Virus record (IMG/VR): IMGVR_UViG_3300029268_000052
Location: 1-37,992 of that record
Strand: one strand, 5' to 3'
From: a virus
Taxonomy: Duplodnaviria; Caudoviricetes
DNA length: 37,992 bases
A model generated the notes under the pieces. The model saw only the letters and a program-made list of their open reading frames with translations. It was not told the origin of the DNA and ran no database searches. Both the position numbers and the translations under genes were made by a program. Below, piece after piece: positions 20,199 through 30,057 of this stretch; the stretch's first letter is position 1; each line of letters opens with the position of its first letter.

Positions 20199-21045
20199 AG
20201 AAATAAAAATAAAGTTATATGGATCTAACTTCAAACATTTAAAAGAACTTGGATATAAAAATTTAAAAACAGGTGATGAAATATCAATTCCTATTAATCA
20301 TTTGAGTAAAAGTAGTCATTTGATTATAAATGTCAAATGTGATATTTGTGAAAAAGAAAAACAAATATCACATAAAACATATAATAAAAACATAAAAAAT
20401 ACCAACATTTATTGTTGTTGTGAAAAATGTTCGAAAGTTAAAAATAAAAAAACATGTTTGGATAAATATAACAATGAAAATTACAGAAATATTGAAAAAA
20501 ATAAAGAAACACGTTTAAAAAAATATGATGATGAAAATTATAATAATCTAGAAAAAAACAAAGAAACCTGTTTAAGAAAATATGGATGTGAAAATGTTTT
20601 CCAAAATAAAGAAATAAGAGAATTGGCAAATAAAACAATTTTTGAAAAGTATGGTGTAATAAATGTGATGCAGAATGAAAATATTTTTATAAAACAACAA
20701 AAGAATAATTATTCATTGAAACAACATCATAATGGATTAAATTATAGGGGTAATTATGAAAAACATTTTCTGGATTTTTGTTTTGAAAATAATATTAAAA
20801 TTGAAAAAGGGAAAACAATAAAATATATTTTTAATGAAAAAGAACATTATTATTTTTCTGATTTTTATTATGAACCATTAAATCTAATCATAGAAATAAA
20901 ATCAAAATATACATATAATGTAAATTTGAATATAAATATTTTAAAAGGAAAATATACAATAGATAGTGGTTATAATTATCTTTTTATAATAGATAAAAAT
21001 TATATAGAATTTATTGAAATTATAAAAAAATCCCACCAAAATTAA
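20185..21045 (+). CDS. homing-type endonuclease, paralog of 9987..11111
   Basis: KCD.C, TCL.KY repeats, YRGNYE...YFSDFY...IIEIKS. Confidence 0.75.
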   Translation: MIIDKEIKIKLYGSNFKHLKELGYKNLKTGDEISIPINHLSKSSHLIINVKCDICEKEKQISHKTYNKNIKNTNIYCCCEKCSKVKNKKTCLDKYNNENYRNIEKNKETRLKKYDDENYNNLEKNKETCLRKYGCENVFQNKEIRELANKTIFEKYGVINVMQNENIFIKQQKNNYSLKQHHNGLNYRGNYEKHFLDFCFENNIKIEKGKTIKYIFNEKEHYYFSDFYYEPLNLIIEIKSKYTYNVNLNINILKGKYTIDSGYNYLFIIDKNYIEFIEIIKKSHQN

Positions 21046-21060
21046 TTGATGGGATTTTTT
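21024..21060. terminator. bidirectional intrinsic terminator
   Basis: aaaaaaatcccaccaa...ttgatgggatttttt between convergent genes. Confidence 0.75.
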
Positions 21061-21130
21061 ACTCGTTCTATCCGTTTATGAGGTCGTCTTTAACGATGTC
21101 GAAACGCTACTATCCTCTTCAAAATAACAA

Positions 21131-23461
21131 TTACTTTTTTTCATTATCATTCGACTTTTTTTCATTATCATTCGGTTCCGTAATCTTTTTAGTAAGAAAA
21201 CCGGCTAATAATTGACCCAATCCATTACCATTATCACCACTTGTTATTAATGTATCTGGCACAATTTTCACATTTCCTTGTGATAATTTTTCAGCAATCT
21301 GAACAGAAATAACACCATTTTCACCAATAGCTGCTTTTTGTCTTTCATAACCTTCAGCGGTAGCACCCATTCTGGCTTCGATTGCAATACCTTCCGCCCT
21401 ACCAACCGATTCAATACCTGCCGCTTCACCTGCTTTCTCAAGTCTTGTAGATTCACCTTTACCTTCTGCCATTTTAATAGCTTTCTGTTTAAGGTTGTCT
21501 GCGACTTTTACATCAATTTCAGACTGAACAAGTTCTTTCTGTCTGTCAGCAGTAGCTGTTGTCTTTTCCATAGATATACGAGAATTCTGAGCTTTTTCCT
21601 GTTCAAAATACATCGCTTGTTGCTGTTGAGCAATAATCCTTTCAGTTTGTGTTTTCATCAAATCTTCAGGTAGTATAATAGCACAGATAAGAACAGATAC
21701 TAATTCAACGTGATACTTTTCTAATTCGTGTCTTGCACGTTCTTCAGCTTTCTGTTGTTCTTCGTGACGATTCTGCATGAATGCCATAGCTGATGTAGCA
21801 GAAGCCTGATTACGGAATGATGAGTCAATCATAGGATGGATAACGTGTTCAATCAAATTCTGAATTGAACCAATCTTAGCCACCATATAAGGAGCTTGGT
21901 CGGGACGAACCCTAATAACAACCTTAACAGCTACACTAATTTCAAAACCATCATGTGATACAACTTTCAACGGATCGAAAACTGTTTCTTTAGCTTCATC
22001 CCAGTCAATTGTAATGTTAGTGGTGTCAACAACATAAGCGATGTAAGCTCTACGGTTAAGGTAATAAATACCCGGACCAGCCACTTCCTGTTGAATACCC
22101 CTAAAACCCTTTGGTACAACGTATCTTTCGATACCTGTATCTAACCTCGATTCTACATTACCAGCAGTAGGAACGCCATCTTTAACTGGTTGTGCAGTAG
22201 CTGGTATTGTAATAATACCATCGTTGTTTTCATCTTCCGCCACAGCTTTAATTAATTCCTTAACTTGTGGTGGTTCTTCACCAACGTTAGAAACAACAAC
22301 AGCAACCTGACCACGTTCAATAACTGCAACATCATCCAATTCCACACTAAACATCAAAGGATTGATGTAATATGTACCGGGTTTTAGAACGTCAAACTGA
22401 GGACCACGTTGGCCACCATTTACCAAAAATTTTGTTACATCTTGATAATTATTGTGACCTTCAATTGATTTCGCAACATATTCAGTTTCTGGTAAAGGTT
22501 TACCATCACGAGCTACAACGATACCAACTTTTTTATCAGGAATGATAATAGTTTCTTTAATTTCAACCCTAAATAAAGATGTATTGATACGATACTTACC
22601 CGGAAGTAAGATGCTTACCTGTGGACCTTTTTCCCCACCCTTATTTAAAAATGATTCACCATCTTCAAAATTATTATGACCATCAATAGTTTTAGCTAAA
22701 AGTCTACCACCACTAATTTGTTGACCATCTTGAGATGTAACAGTACCAACCTGACCTTTATCTATTACAGTTACATTAACAGGTGTAATTTTAAATAAAC
22801 GAGTATTGATACGATAGTTACCCGGAGGTAATGTTTTAATTTGTGGACCTTTTTCACCACCATTTTTTAAGAATGCTTCACCATCTTGATAAAGGTCACA
22901 TTCAACAACCTTACCAAAAATCCTACCTGATGGAATCGGTGCACCGTCAATAGATTCGACAATACCAACTTGATTTTCACCAATAATTGTTACTGGTTCA
23001 TTCTTGATATTGAATAATAAAGGGTTAACACGATAAATACCCGGAGGTAGAATTGGAATTTGAATACCCTTTTCACCACCGTTTTTCAAGAATGCTTCAC
23101 CATCTTGGTAAAGATTACATTCTACTGTTTTAGCAAAAATCTTACCTGATGGAACTGGATTACCATCAACTGATATAATCAGACCGACTTCATCCTTACC
23201 AATTACGGTAAAATCATACTTTTTTCTTTTGTAAATAAATGGAATTAAGAATTTAAGTCCCGGACCTATTGCCCTCGCTTGAACCCCAATTTCACTACTC
23301 ATTGCAAAAACCCTGTCTTTTGGCATTTCCTTACCAAACCAGCGTCTTTCCAATATTTTGATTTCCTTACCTCCAACAATCAGTAATGAACTGAAAAGGA
23401 GCACCAATAGAAAAATAACGGCTAACGAAATACCCGCTATCAACAAAATTGTTTGAATCAT
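21131..23461 (-). CDS. SPFH/flotillin-like membrane protein
   Basis: N-terminal TM; repeated DG..FL.NGGEKGPQ...L.PG.Y..N units; band-7 domain and coiled coil. Confidence 0.9.
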   Translation of the reverse strand: MIQTILLIAGISLAVIFLLVLLFSSLLIVGGKEIKILERRWFGKEMPKDRVFAMSSEIGVQARAIGPGLKFLIPFIYKRKKYDFTVIGKDEVGLIISVDGNPVPSGKIFAKTVECNLYQDGEAFLKNGGEKGIQIPILPPGIYRVNPLLFNIKNEPVTIIGENQVGIVESIDGAPIPSGRIFGKVVECDLYQDGEAFLKNGGEKGPQIKTLPPGNYRINTRLFKITPVNVTVIDKGQVGTVTSQDGQQISGGRLLAKTIDGHNNFEDGESFLNKGGEKGPQVSILLPGKYRINTSLFRVEIKETIIIPDKKVGIVVARDGKPLPETEYVAKSIEGHNNYQDVTKFLVNGGQRGPQFDVLKPGTYYINPLMFSVELDDVAVIERGQVAVVVSNVGEEPPQVKELIKAVAEDENNDGIITIPATAQPVKDGVPTAGNVESRLDTGIERYVVPKGFRGIQQEVAGPGIYYLNRRAYIAYVVDTTNITIDWDEAKETVFDPLKVVSHDGFEISVAVKVVIRVRPDQAPYMVAKIGSIQNLIEHVIHPMIDSSFRNQASATSAMAFMQNRHEEQQKAEERARHELEKYHVELVSVLICAIILPEDLMKTQTERIIAQQQQAMYFEQEKAQNSRISMEKTTATADRQKELVQSEIDVKVADNLKQKAIKMAEGKGESTRLEKAGEAAGIESVGRAEGIAIEARMGATAEGYERQKAAIGENGVISVQIAEKLSQGNVKIVPDTLITSGDNGNGLGQLLAGFLTKKITEPNDNEKKSNDNEKK

Positions 23462-23557
23462 TATTTTGAATTTTAAACTTGCCTACTCTTTTCACCATTT
23501 TCGGCATTCTGGTATTAATTATACCTTAAAAAAATGGTTAAGTTTAAAATTAAAAAT

Positions 23558-23592
23558 AAAAAACCCCGACATTTTTCAATGACGGGGTTTTT
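23558..23592 (-). terminator. intrinsic terminator after the TROVE gene
   Basis: aaaaccccg...cggggtttt hairpin. Confidence 0.75.
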
Positions 23593-23610
23593 CAAACGAA
23601 TAGTTAGAAC

Positions 23611-25224
23611 TTATTTCCTGTTTTCGATACTATCCCAAGTATCAATAAGTTCTTTAGCGTATAAGACTTCCTTACCAGTCCAGCCAGCAAGAATTGTACT
23701 TCTGTAATAATTTTCCGGAATTACGGAATTACTGTATCCAGCAACCTGTACGGAAAATATATTAACCTTTGGATTAACCTTTTTACGGTATTCTTCGACA
23801 AGTTTCATCACATCAATATAAGTGTTACCTCTTCCACCATAGGTAAACTCTTTGTATTCGGATGCATCTGTACCGTATAATCCACCATGACCAGCTTGCA
23901 TATCAGAGTAAATAAATACGTTGTCATATTTTATACCCTTCTTGATAGCATCTCTGAAGAAAATCCAAATACCATTTTCTGTTCCACCACCCTGTGCTGG
24001 ACCAAGTTTATTGGCTTTTTGTAACTGATCAAGGATACCACTTCTCTTTGAAATCGATTGGATATTCAATCTATCACCGAATAAACCAAGATATCCTTCA
24101 TCACATTGTAAAGCGGTGATAATAGATGATAAGTTAGCAATTTCAGCTATTTTAACAGTTCCATATTCGGAATTCAAAGCACCCCAAGCTGAACCGGAAT
24201 TATCCGATAAACAGATAGTTTTACCTTTCAACTTTGGAAAGTTTTCAACTGAAATATCCAAACATTCCTGTAAGGAATCTTTCAAAAGTTGATAGTGGTG
24301 AACATCACTTCCAATTGCATTGAAAGCTGAGTAGTAACGGAATGGGAATTGTTTCCCATACAATACACCACCTTTAAGTTGTTCACAAACTTTCTTTGCA
24401 GTTTCAATATCTTCAATTTCGGTGAAGATACCACGAAGATTTCTCAAAAGTGCCATGTGAGGAATCTTAATTGTGTTAAGAATTTCTTTCCATGTCTTTC
24501 CTTCGGACTTCAAGTTTTCCCAAGTCTTTTCAGTTTCGGTAACTTTTACAGTTCCGGTTTTCATCAACTCATTAATAGCATCTGAATGTGCGTGTGAAAT
24601 ACGAACAAGGTCAATCAATAATTTACCTTTGTATTTGTTGATTTGGTAAGGTGTCAAATCACCAAGAATATCTGACCATAATCTCTTGATAACACTTGGT
24701 AAGTGTTGTTTTGAACCATTCAAGAAAGTAAAATATTCGAACTGATTGGTAATATCGTCAGGTCTCTGAACAATTTTTCTACCACAATCTCTCATGTATC
24801 CCGGATGTTCTTCATTGAATTTTTTTCTACTTGGATGAACACAAGCGTAAATAAAGATAACTGATGGGTTCAATCTCATATTGAATTCTGTTCTCAAACG
24901 AACAGCAAGATCCAATGTACCCTTGAAATCAAATTCCAAAGAATCTTTAATAGCAGTTGTAAACACATCAAGTGTTGATTTGGTATCTTTGAAGATAAAA
25001 CCAAACATTGTTTCGTTCAATTGTGCTATATTTTTGATATAGGCATCACTTTTGAAACCATCCCTGTAATATGATGGTTCACCAAAGATTGATGAAGCGG
25101 CAACAATTCTCAATGTATCCAATGGATTAATTGTGAATGATACACCACCCATGAAATTTTCAACTTGGTTTTCGTAAAAACCTCTTGTTCCGTCTTTTAC
25201 TGCTGATTCTTTAAATTTCGACAT
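23611..25224 (-). CDS. rsr: TROVE-domain Ro60/Rsr-like RNA-binding protein
   Basis: N.MGG.SF, TWE, MALLRNLR, QFPFRYYSA, vWA MIDAS DNSGS, SDMQ, LAGW. Confidence 0.92.
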   Translation of the reverse strand: MSKFKESAVKDGTRGFYENQVENFMGGVSFTINPLDTLRIVAASSIFGEPSYYRDGFKSDAYIKNIAQLNETMFGFIFKDTKSTLDVFTTAIKDSLEFDFKGTLDLAVRLRTEFNMRLNPSVIFIYACVHPSRKKFNEEHPGYMRDCGRKIVQRPDDITNQFEYFTFLNGSKQHLPSVIKRLWSDILGDLTPYQINKYKGKLLIDLVRISHAHSDAINELMKTGTVKVTETEKTWENLKSEGKTWKEILNTIKIPHMALLRNLRGIFTEIEDIETAKKVCEQLKGGVLYGKQFPFRYYSAFNAIGSDVHHYQLLKDSLQECLDISVENFPKLKGKTICLSDNSGSAWGALNSEYGTVKIAEIANLSSIITALQCDEGYLGLFGDRLNIQSISKRSGILDQLQKANKLGPAQGGGTENGIWIFFRDAIKKGIKYDNVFIYSDMQAGHGGLYGTDASEYKEFTYGGRGNTYIDVMKLVEEYRKKVNPKVNIFSVQVAGYSNSVIPENYYRSTILAGWTGKEVLYAKELIDTWDSIENRK

Positions 25225-25247
25225 ATTTTTCCTTTCTTTTTATTTTA

Positions 25248-25457
25248 TTATTCTGTAACACTTTGATTGATTTCAAACACTCCATTTGTAAAAATGGATT
25301 CTTCAATTAATGTAATTCCTAATATTTCTTTAACTATTGGATCAAATTTCATATTTCTAATCTCATCTTCTGAATGAGCTAAAATAAGATAATTTCCACA
25401 AAGTATTTCCCACCTATCATTATTTGTGGTATTGACTAAATATAATTTCTTTTCCAT
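25248..25457 (-). CDS. hypothetical protein
   Basis: ORF upstream of rsr. Confidence 0.6.
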   Translation of the reverse strand: MEKKLYLVNTTNNDRWEILCGNYLILAHSEDEIRNMKFDPIVKEILGITLIEESIFTNGVFEINQSVTE

Positions 25458-25458
25458 A

Positions 25459-25740
25459 TTAATAAATTATTGTATTTGATGTTATATTTTTTGTAATGAA
25501 ACGATAATTACCTTTTACTGGTGGTCTACCATCGTCAAATTCAACATGAATTACTAGATCACAATCATCATATCTTTTCTTATTTTTTGGTATTTCATAT
25601 TTTATAAATTTAACTGTACCATCTCTTTCAATGTATTCCTTATAATCTTTAATGAAATCCTTTAAGGATTCATAAATACCACAGACACTAAAAGCGTCAC
25701 CCACCCATTCCTGAACCAAAATATAATTTTTCTTTTCCAT
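25459..25740 (-). CDS. hypothetical protein
   Basis: ORF upstream of rsr. Confidence 0.6.
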   Translation of the reverse strand: MEKKNYILVQEWVGDAFSVCGIYESLKDFIKDYKEYIERDGTVKFIKYEIPKNKKRYDDCDLVIHVEFDDGRPPVKGNYRFITKNITSNTIIY

Positions 25741-25760
25741 AACTTAAAATTTTTAAAATA

Positions 25761-25806
25761 AAAAAACCGATAAATAACTTTTTTCAAAGCCAAATATCGG
25801 TTTTTT
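25761..25806 (-). terminator. intrinsic terminator after the Y-RNA-like pair
   Basis: aaaaaaccgata...tatcggtttttt. Confidence 0.65.
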
Positions 25807-25814
25807 ATAATCTT

Positions 25815-26011
25815 TGTTGAGAATTTTGTTATTAGGGGGTTCTAAATTCTTACGAAACTTAGAAAAACGATCAGTTTTAAGAACTTGATTTTAAACTATC
25901 CGTTTTAAGAACGTGATTTGAAACTTTTTTTGATTCCTTATTTTTGAAGGGACTTTCGTCCCCGGAATCTTTCTGTCTAATTTTGAAGTAACCCTAAAAC
26001 CCGCTTCAACA
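25815..26011 (-). ncRNA. Y-RNA-like RNA (long form, about 197 nt)
   Basis: TGTTGA-AGCGG-GTTTTAGGG-TTACTTC ... CCCTAATAAC-AAAATTC-TCAACA; paired ends, internal hairpins; upstream of Ro60. Confidence 0.7.
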
Positions 26012-26049
26012 GGACAACCAACATATGTTGATTACCCTAATTATCATAA

Positions 26050-26118
26050 AAACCGAGAATATTCGTGAAAAGTGTTGTTTCCATAGCATTGAAGTAACTC
26101 TTCACACCGCTTCGATTT
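26050..26118 (-). ncRNA. Y-RNA-like RNA (minimal form)
   Basis: AAATCGA-AGCGGT-GTGAAGAG-TTACTTC ... CTTTTCAC-GAATATTC-TCGGTTT. Confidence 0.7.
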
Positions 26119-26221
26119 ATTTTATATTTAAGAACGTTTATTGTTATTGTATATATATTTAACGAAAAAGTTTACTTTTTTCCATTTCCACAATGATAAT
26201 AATTTTTTCTGATATAAAAAA

Positions 26222-26497
26222 TTATTCGAATTTCTTTTTTATTGGAAAATTACAACAATCACAAATTTCAATAAAACCATCTTCAATTCTATCGGAAATC
26301 AATCTATCCGGACCCAATGGACATTCACCCAAATATTCCCATTTTTCATAAATTCCATCAAATCCGATTCTATCACCTTTTGTATTGTATTTTATTTTAG
26401 TCAATAAGAATTTTTCACCGGTTTGAAATTTGGTTGTATATGTTTTACCTATTTCAAATGGTAATTCTTTAAATTTCGATATTGTTTTAACTCCCAT
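26222..26497 (-). CDS. hypothetical protein
   Basis: ORF in a small-gene array. Confidence 0.6.
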   Translation of the reverse strand: MGVKTISKFKELPFEIGKTYTTKFQTGEKFLLTKIKYNTKGDRIGFDGIYEKWEYLGECPLGPDRLISDRIEDGFIEICDCCNFPIKKKFE

Positions 26498-26509
26498 TAG
26501 ATTTTAATA

Positions 26510-26716
26510 TTATTCATTCCAACCCATCCATTTATCATATCTTTTACGATTATCGGAAGTTGCACCCGAAAGAAACCATAAAACAGTACATTTTTTAAAA
26601 CCATACCAAACTTTAAAATGTCTTTTGGCACGTTTTATAAATGAATCATTATTCATTTTGATTCTGATTTCATTTATTGGACTGGTGGGATCACCGGTAA
26701 TTTTTGATTTAAACAT
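26510..26716 (-). CDS. hypothetical protein
   Basis: ORF in a small-gene array. Confidence 0.55.
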   Translation of the reverse strand: MFKSKITGDPTSPINEIRIKMNNDSFIKRAKRHFKVWYGFKKCTVLWFLSGATSDNRKRYDKWMGWNE

Positions 26717-26991
26717 TAGTCTTGTTTTTTAATGAAATTCAAATATTTAATAAATTTTGGATCTGATAAAATCTTTTCTTTTGTGTTATATTCCTTACCA
26801 AGATTTTTTTCATCCCAAAAATCATGGACAGTATCATGACAATCCTTACACAAATCAATACCATGTGTTCTCATATACAATTTAGTGAACAATTTTAAAA
26901 ACAATTTGTTCTTATGTAAAGTCTTTGGTATATAGTGATGAAAGGTTAATTCTTTAAATCTATTACAAAATCCACAAAATCCTTCAGCCAT
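26716..26991 (-). CDS. small HNH-like zinc-binding protein
   Basis: CGFC...LTFHHYIPK...LCKDCHDTVH. Confidence 0.75.
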   Translation of the reverse strand: MAEGFCGFCNRFKELTFHHYIPKTLHKNKLFLKLFTKLYMRTHGIDLCKDCHDTVHDFWDEKNLGKEYNTKEKILSDPKFIKYLNFIKKQD

Positions 26992-27175
26992 TTATTTTTG
27001 GTGTTAATCGGTATGTCATAACTTCCCATGTATTTTTTTCATCTTCAATAGAATGAACTGTTGCATACATTTCCATCGGTGTAAATTTAACGATTTTCAC
27101 TTCACTATGATTCACAAAATCAGAATCAAGTATTACCGTATCACCAACTTTTAAATTATGTTTGTTGTGTATCAT
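26984..27175 (-). CDS. hypothetical protein
   Basis: ORF in a small-gene array. Confidence 0.55.
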   Translation of the reverse strand: MIHNKHNLKVGDTVILDSDFVNHSEVKIVKFTPMEMYATVHSIEDEKNTWEVMTYRLTPKING

Positions 27176-27446
27176 CCATCAAAAGATTTATCATCCTTAA
27201 TTTTTTCCAACTCCCAAATCTCATTTTGAAGAGTTTCACGTTGTTTAGTTAATAACATCAAGTCCATATCGGCTTTTTTCAATCTGGACTTCATGTTTTC
27301 AATAGCGATTTCTATTCTTGTTGGTTTGTTCATATTATTTAATTTAGATTACATACATTAAAAAAAACACAAATCCACCAATAATAATTCCCCACTCTAT
27401 TACTAATACAAAATATAATAGAAAATTTTTGATAACGTGTTTCATA

Positions 27447-27644
27447 TTATTTCGGCCACTTTAATTTATACTTTTTCATTATATCTTCCCATTCAGAATC
27501 ACCTAATTCATTTTGAATTGCACCCCTGATATATCCAATGAAACGAACTTCATCATCAGTAACATTTTTCAAATCATGAGCGGAATCATTCGCTATATGA
27601 ATCAACATCTTTAAATAACCTTTAACTGTTGTTGGTGATTTCAT
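27447..27644 (-). CDS. hypothetical protein
   Basis: ORF in a small-gene array. Confidence 0.55.
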   Translation of the reverse strand: MKSPTTVKGYLKMLIHIANDSAHDLKNVTDDEVRFIGYIRGAIQNELGDSEWEDIMKKYKLKWPK

Positions 27645-27903
27645 CGGTTTTCAATGTGATTAATTTATAATCTGTTAATTCTTCAATTGTATCAATAGCA
27701 TCTAATTTAACCATCCTTGGACTTGCAACCATTGTATGTTCCGGCCAATATTCAACAACACCATTATCCACAGGATTACCAAATTCAGATGGATATTTCA
27801 AATATGAAATTCTATACAAAATATCATTACCCGATATTTTAATCAAATCACCGGGTTTTAAACCTTTTCTAAATTCTTCTGGTACAGGTTTATAATTCAT
27901 CAT
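27622..27903 (-). CDS. hypothetical protein
   Basis: ORF in a small-gene array. Confidence 0.6.
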   Translation of the reverse strand: MMNYKPVPEEFRKGLKPGDLIKISGNDILYRISYLKYPSEFGNPVDNGVVEYWPEHTMVASPRMVKLDAIDTIEELTDYKLITLKTDEITNNS

Positions 27904-27905
27904 AA

Positions 27906-28229
27906 TTAATAATCTTCATCACGTTCAGGGTAATCCGGTTCATAAGGTTCATACTTCTCACACATTTCACTCATGATACCATCTTCATCTTCATTTGAAA
28001 ATTTTTCGATGATTTTATTGACATCATCCGTATAAAGACTACGGTCCCATTCAAATTCTTGGACTTCCAATCCGGGTTGACTATCAAACCCCTTTTGACC
28101 CCAAAATTCATAGGGACCGATTCCATTATCAACTTCTTCTACTGTTCCGGTGAATTCGACTTCAATATATTCTTCATTACCGACTTCGATTTCACGATAA
28201 ACTGATACTGAACCTGAATTATTTCTCAT
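27906..28229 (-). CDS. acidic hypothetical protein
   Basis: Very D/E-rich; DNGIGPYEFWG. Confidence 0.65.
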   Translation of the reverse strand: MRNNSGSVSVYREIEVGNEEYIEVEFTGTVEEVDNGIGPYEFWGQKGFDSQPGLEVQEFEWDRSLYTDDVNKIIEKFSNEDEDGIMSEMCEKYEPYEPDYPERDEDY

Positions 28230-28423
28230 ATTATTTCGTATGGATATGTTTGTGCAATTTTTTTATCTTCTGGTTGGACAATTTCTTTCCAATAATATTC
28301 TGTAATTTGTTGATCCAATTCTTTATCTGTTGAATCCGATTCAACTTCAACTTTATGAATCAATACCTTGACTTTCTCTTCAAGTAAATATCTGATTTTA
28401 AATCTAACTTCTATTAGTTTCAT
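28226..28423 (-). CDS. hypothetical protein
   Basis: ORF overlapping the next start. Confidence 0.55.
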   Translation of the reverse strand: MKLIEVRFKIRYLLEEKVKVLIHKVEVESDSTDKELDQQITEYYWKEIVQPEDKKIAQTYPYEII

Positions 28424-28475
28424 ATTACAAAATTAATATATTTTTGGATATAAAAAAAATTTAATATATAAACTT

Positions 28476-29000
28476 ATGAAACACCTAAAATTATTTGAAG
28501 AATATATTTCGGAACCAATTGATGTATATCACGGATCTGATAGAAATTTCGATACATTCGATTTAAATAAAATCGGTTCTGGTGATGGTAAAAATATAGG
28601 CGGTTGGGGATTCTATTTTTCAGATTCAGAAGAAGTTGCACGAAGATATTTTCTTAAATCCGGATTTGTTAAAGAATTCGGACTTAAATCTGGTAATTAT
28701 TTTGATTTTGATGAATATACATATGAAAATGAAGCACAAGAAATTTTATCAGAATTGAAAAGAAATGATGATGTAACAGAAGATGATATTGAACAATTTC
28801 AAACTGATTTCATCGAATATATTTCAGATATCACCAATAAACAAGTTTATGAATGGTTGTCATATACATTAAAATCACAAAAAAACGCTTCCCTGTTTTT
28901 AAAAGACATGGGTTATAAAGGAAACAAATTCAAAGATAAGGTAATGCCGGAAGCTACAAACTATGTTATTTACGATATTAATGCTATTATATACCTTTAA
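28476..29000 (+). CDS. ART-PolyVal-like ADP-ribosyltransferase domain protein
   Basis: VYHGS...FD.FD..KIGSGDG....GWGFYFS...GYKG...NYVIYD; N-terminus MKHLKLFEE. Confidence 0.75.
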   Translation: MKHLKLFEEYISEPIDVYHGSDRNFDTFDLNKIGSGDGKNIGGWGFYFSDSEEVARRYFLKSGFVKEFGLKSGNYFDFDEYTYENEAQEILSELKRNDDVTEDDIEQFQTDFIEYISDITNKQVYEWLSYTLKSQKNASLFLKDMGYKGNKFKDKVMPEATNYVIYDINAIIYL

Positions 29001-29162
29001 TGGAAAATTTTATACACAAATCATCAATTAGTGGAAAATTTTTACCATTTTTACCAAAAATACATGATATAGTGGAAAATTCTCAATAAACCAATAAGAT
29101 TTATCGATCAAAAATAAGTTTATCGTTTTGATAAATAATATGTTATCATTATTTTTGTCCAT

Positions 29163-29219
29163 TATCATATAGTAATGATAATATCATATGGTAATGATAA
29201 TATCATATGGTAATGATAA
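29163..29219. repeat. 3 x 19-bp tandem repeat
   Basis: tatcatat(a/g)gtaatgataa at 29163, 29182 and 29201. Confidence 0.85.
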
Positions 29220-29790
29220 CATTCAGTAATTCAACCTCATTCTTAAACTTTTTATTTAATGGAATCTTTTGTATTTCTTCAAAAGTCAATTTTCTGGATC
29301 TAAACCAACCTTTATCCCAATAAGTCTGATACCTTTTCATTTTTTGTACTGTTTCTAAAGGCATTGGTATTCTCGTTATATTTTCTTCCTTATATCTACC
29401 TTTGTTTTCTGATTGTGTGTAGATATCAAATCTAAAAGTGTTAACTTCTCTTTCTATTACAATGCCATCTCCCGTCCAATCGTATTTATCATAGTTTTCG
29501 AATAACTTCTTACAAACTTGTAAACGCGGTTCAGAATGATTGTATGATGGTTTTGTTGATGGGTTTTCTATTAAATCATCTTTATATCTTTGTGAAATAA
29601 AACCACTATATTTTTTATAACTGAAACCCAATACATAAAATAATTGTGGTTGTATAAACATTTCTATACCCTTTTTTACTTTATCACTACTTTTCCTATA
29701 TAAATCAATATTATCCTTTAAATATTTTTCAATCAATATAGCTATAATTAGTCTATCACCCTTTAATTTAATGTAACTATCCATCATCAA
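29203..29790 (-). CDS. hypothetical protein
   Basis: 195-aa ORF. Confidence 0.6.
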   Translation of the reverse strand: MMMDSYIKLKGDRLIIAILIEKYLKDNIDLYRKSSDKVKKGIEMFIQPQLFYVLGFSYKKYSGFISQRYKDDLIENPSTKPSYNHSEPRLQVCKKLFENYDKYDWTGDGIVIEREVNTFRFDIYTQSENKGRYKEENITRIPMPLETVQKMKRYQTYWDKGWFRSRKLTFEEIQKIPLNKKFKNEVELLNVIITI

Positions 29791-29866
29791 AAATTTTTTA
29801 TTAAATATAGCAGAACAATGGAAAAAAGTTTAAAAAATAATAATATATAAAAGAAAAGATATATTT

Positions 29867-30001
29867 ATGGAAAGAATGATTGAAATAGCTACCGCTCATC
29901 CACATATTATGTTTTATGTAGTAATGTGTTGTGTAATAATATATGGTGGTTTAACCATCTATAAACTTGTAAAGAAAATAAGAAAAAATAAAAAATCTTA
30001 A
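29867..30001 (+). CDS. small single-pass membrane protein (44 aa, not in ORF track)
   Basis: MERMIEIATAHPHIMFYVVMCCVIIYGGLTIYKLVKKIRKNKKS, after a TAATATATAA motif. Confidence 0.5.
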   Translation: MERMIEIATAHPHIMFYVVMCCVIIYGGLTIYKLVKKIRKNKKS

Positions 30002-30057
30002 TTTTTTTATCTGAAAATATTATCGTAACTTTATTGTAAACATTAATATATAAAGTC

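Noticed and set aside
21061-21120. Hammerhead-like TTATGAG...hairpin...CGAAAC in an intergenic region
   Set aside because: It lacks the CTGA core, and I could not form stems I and III.
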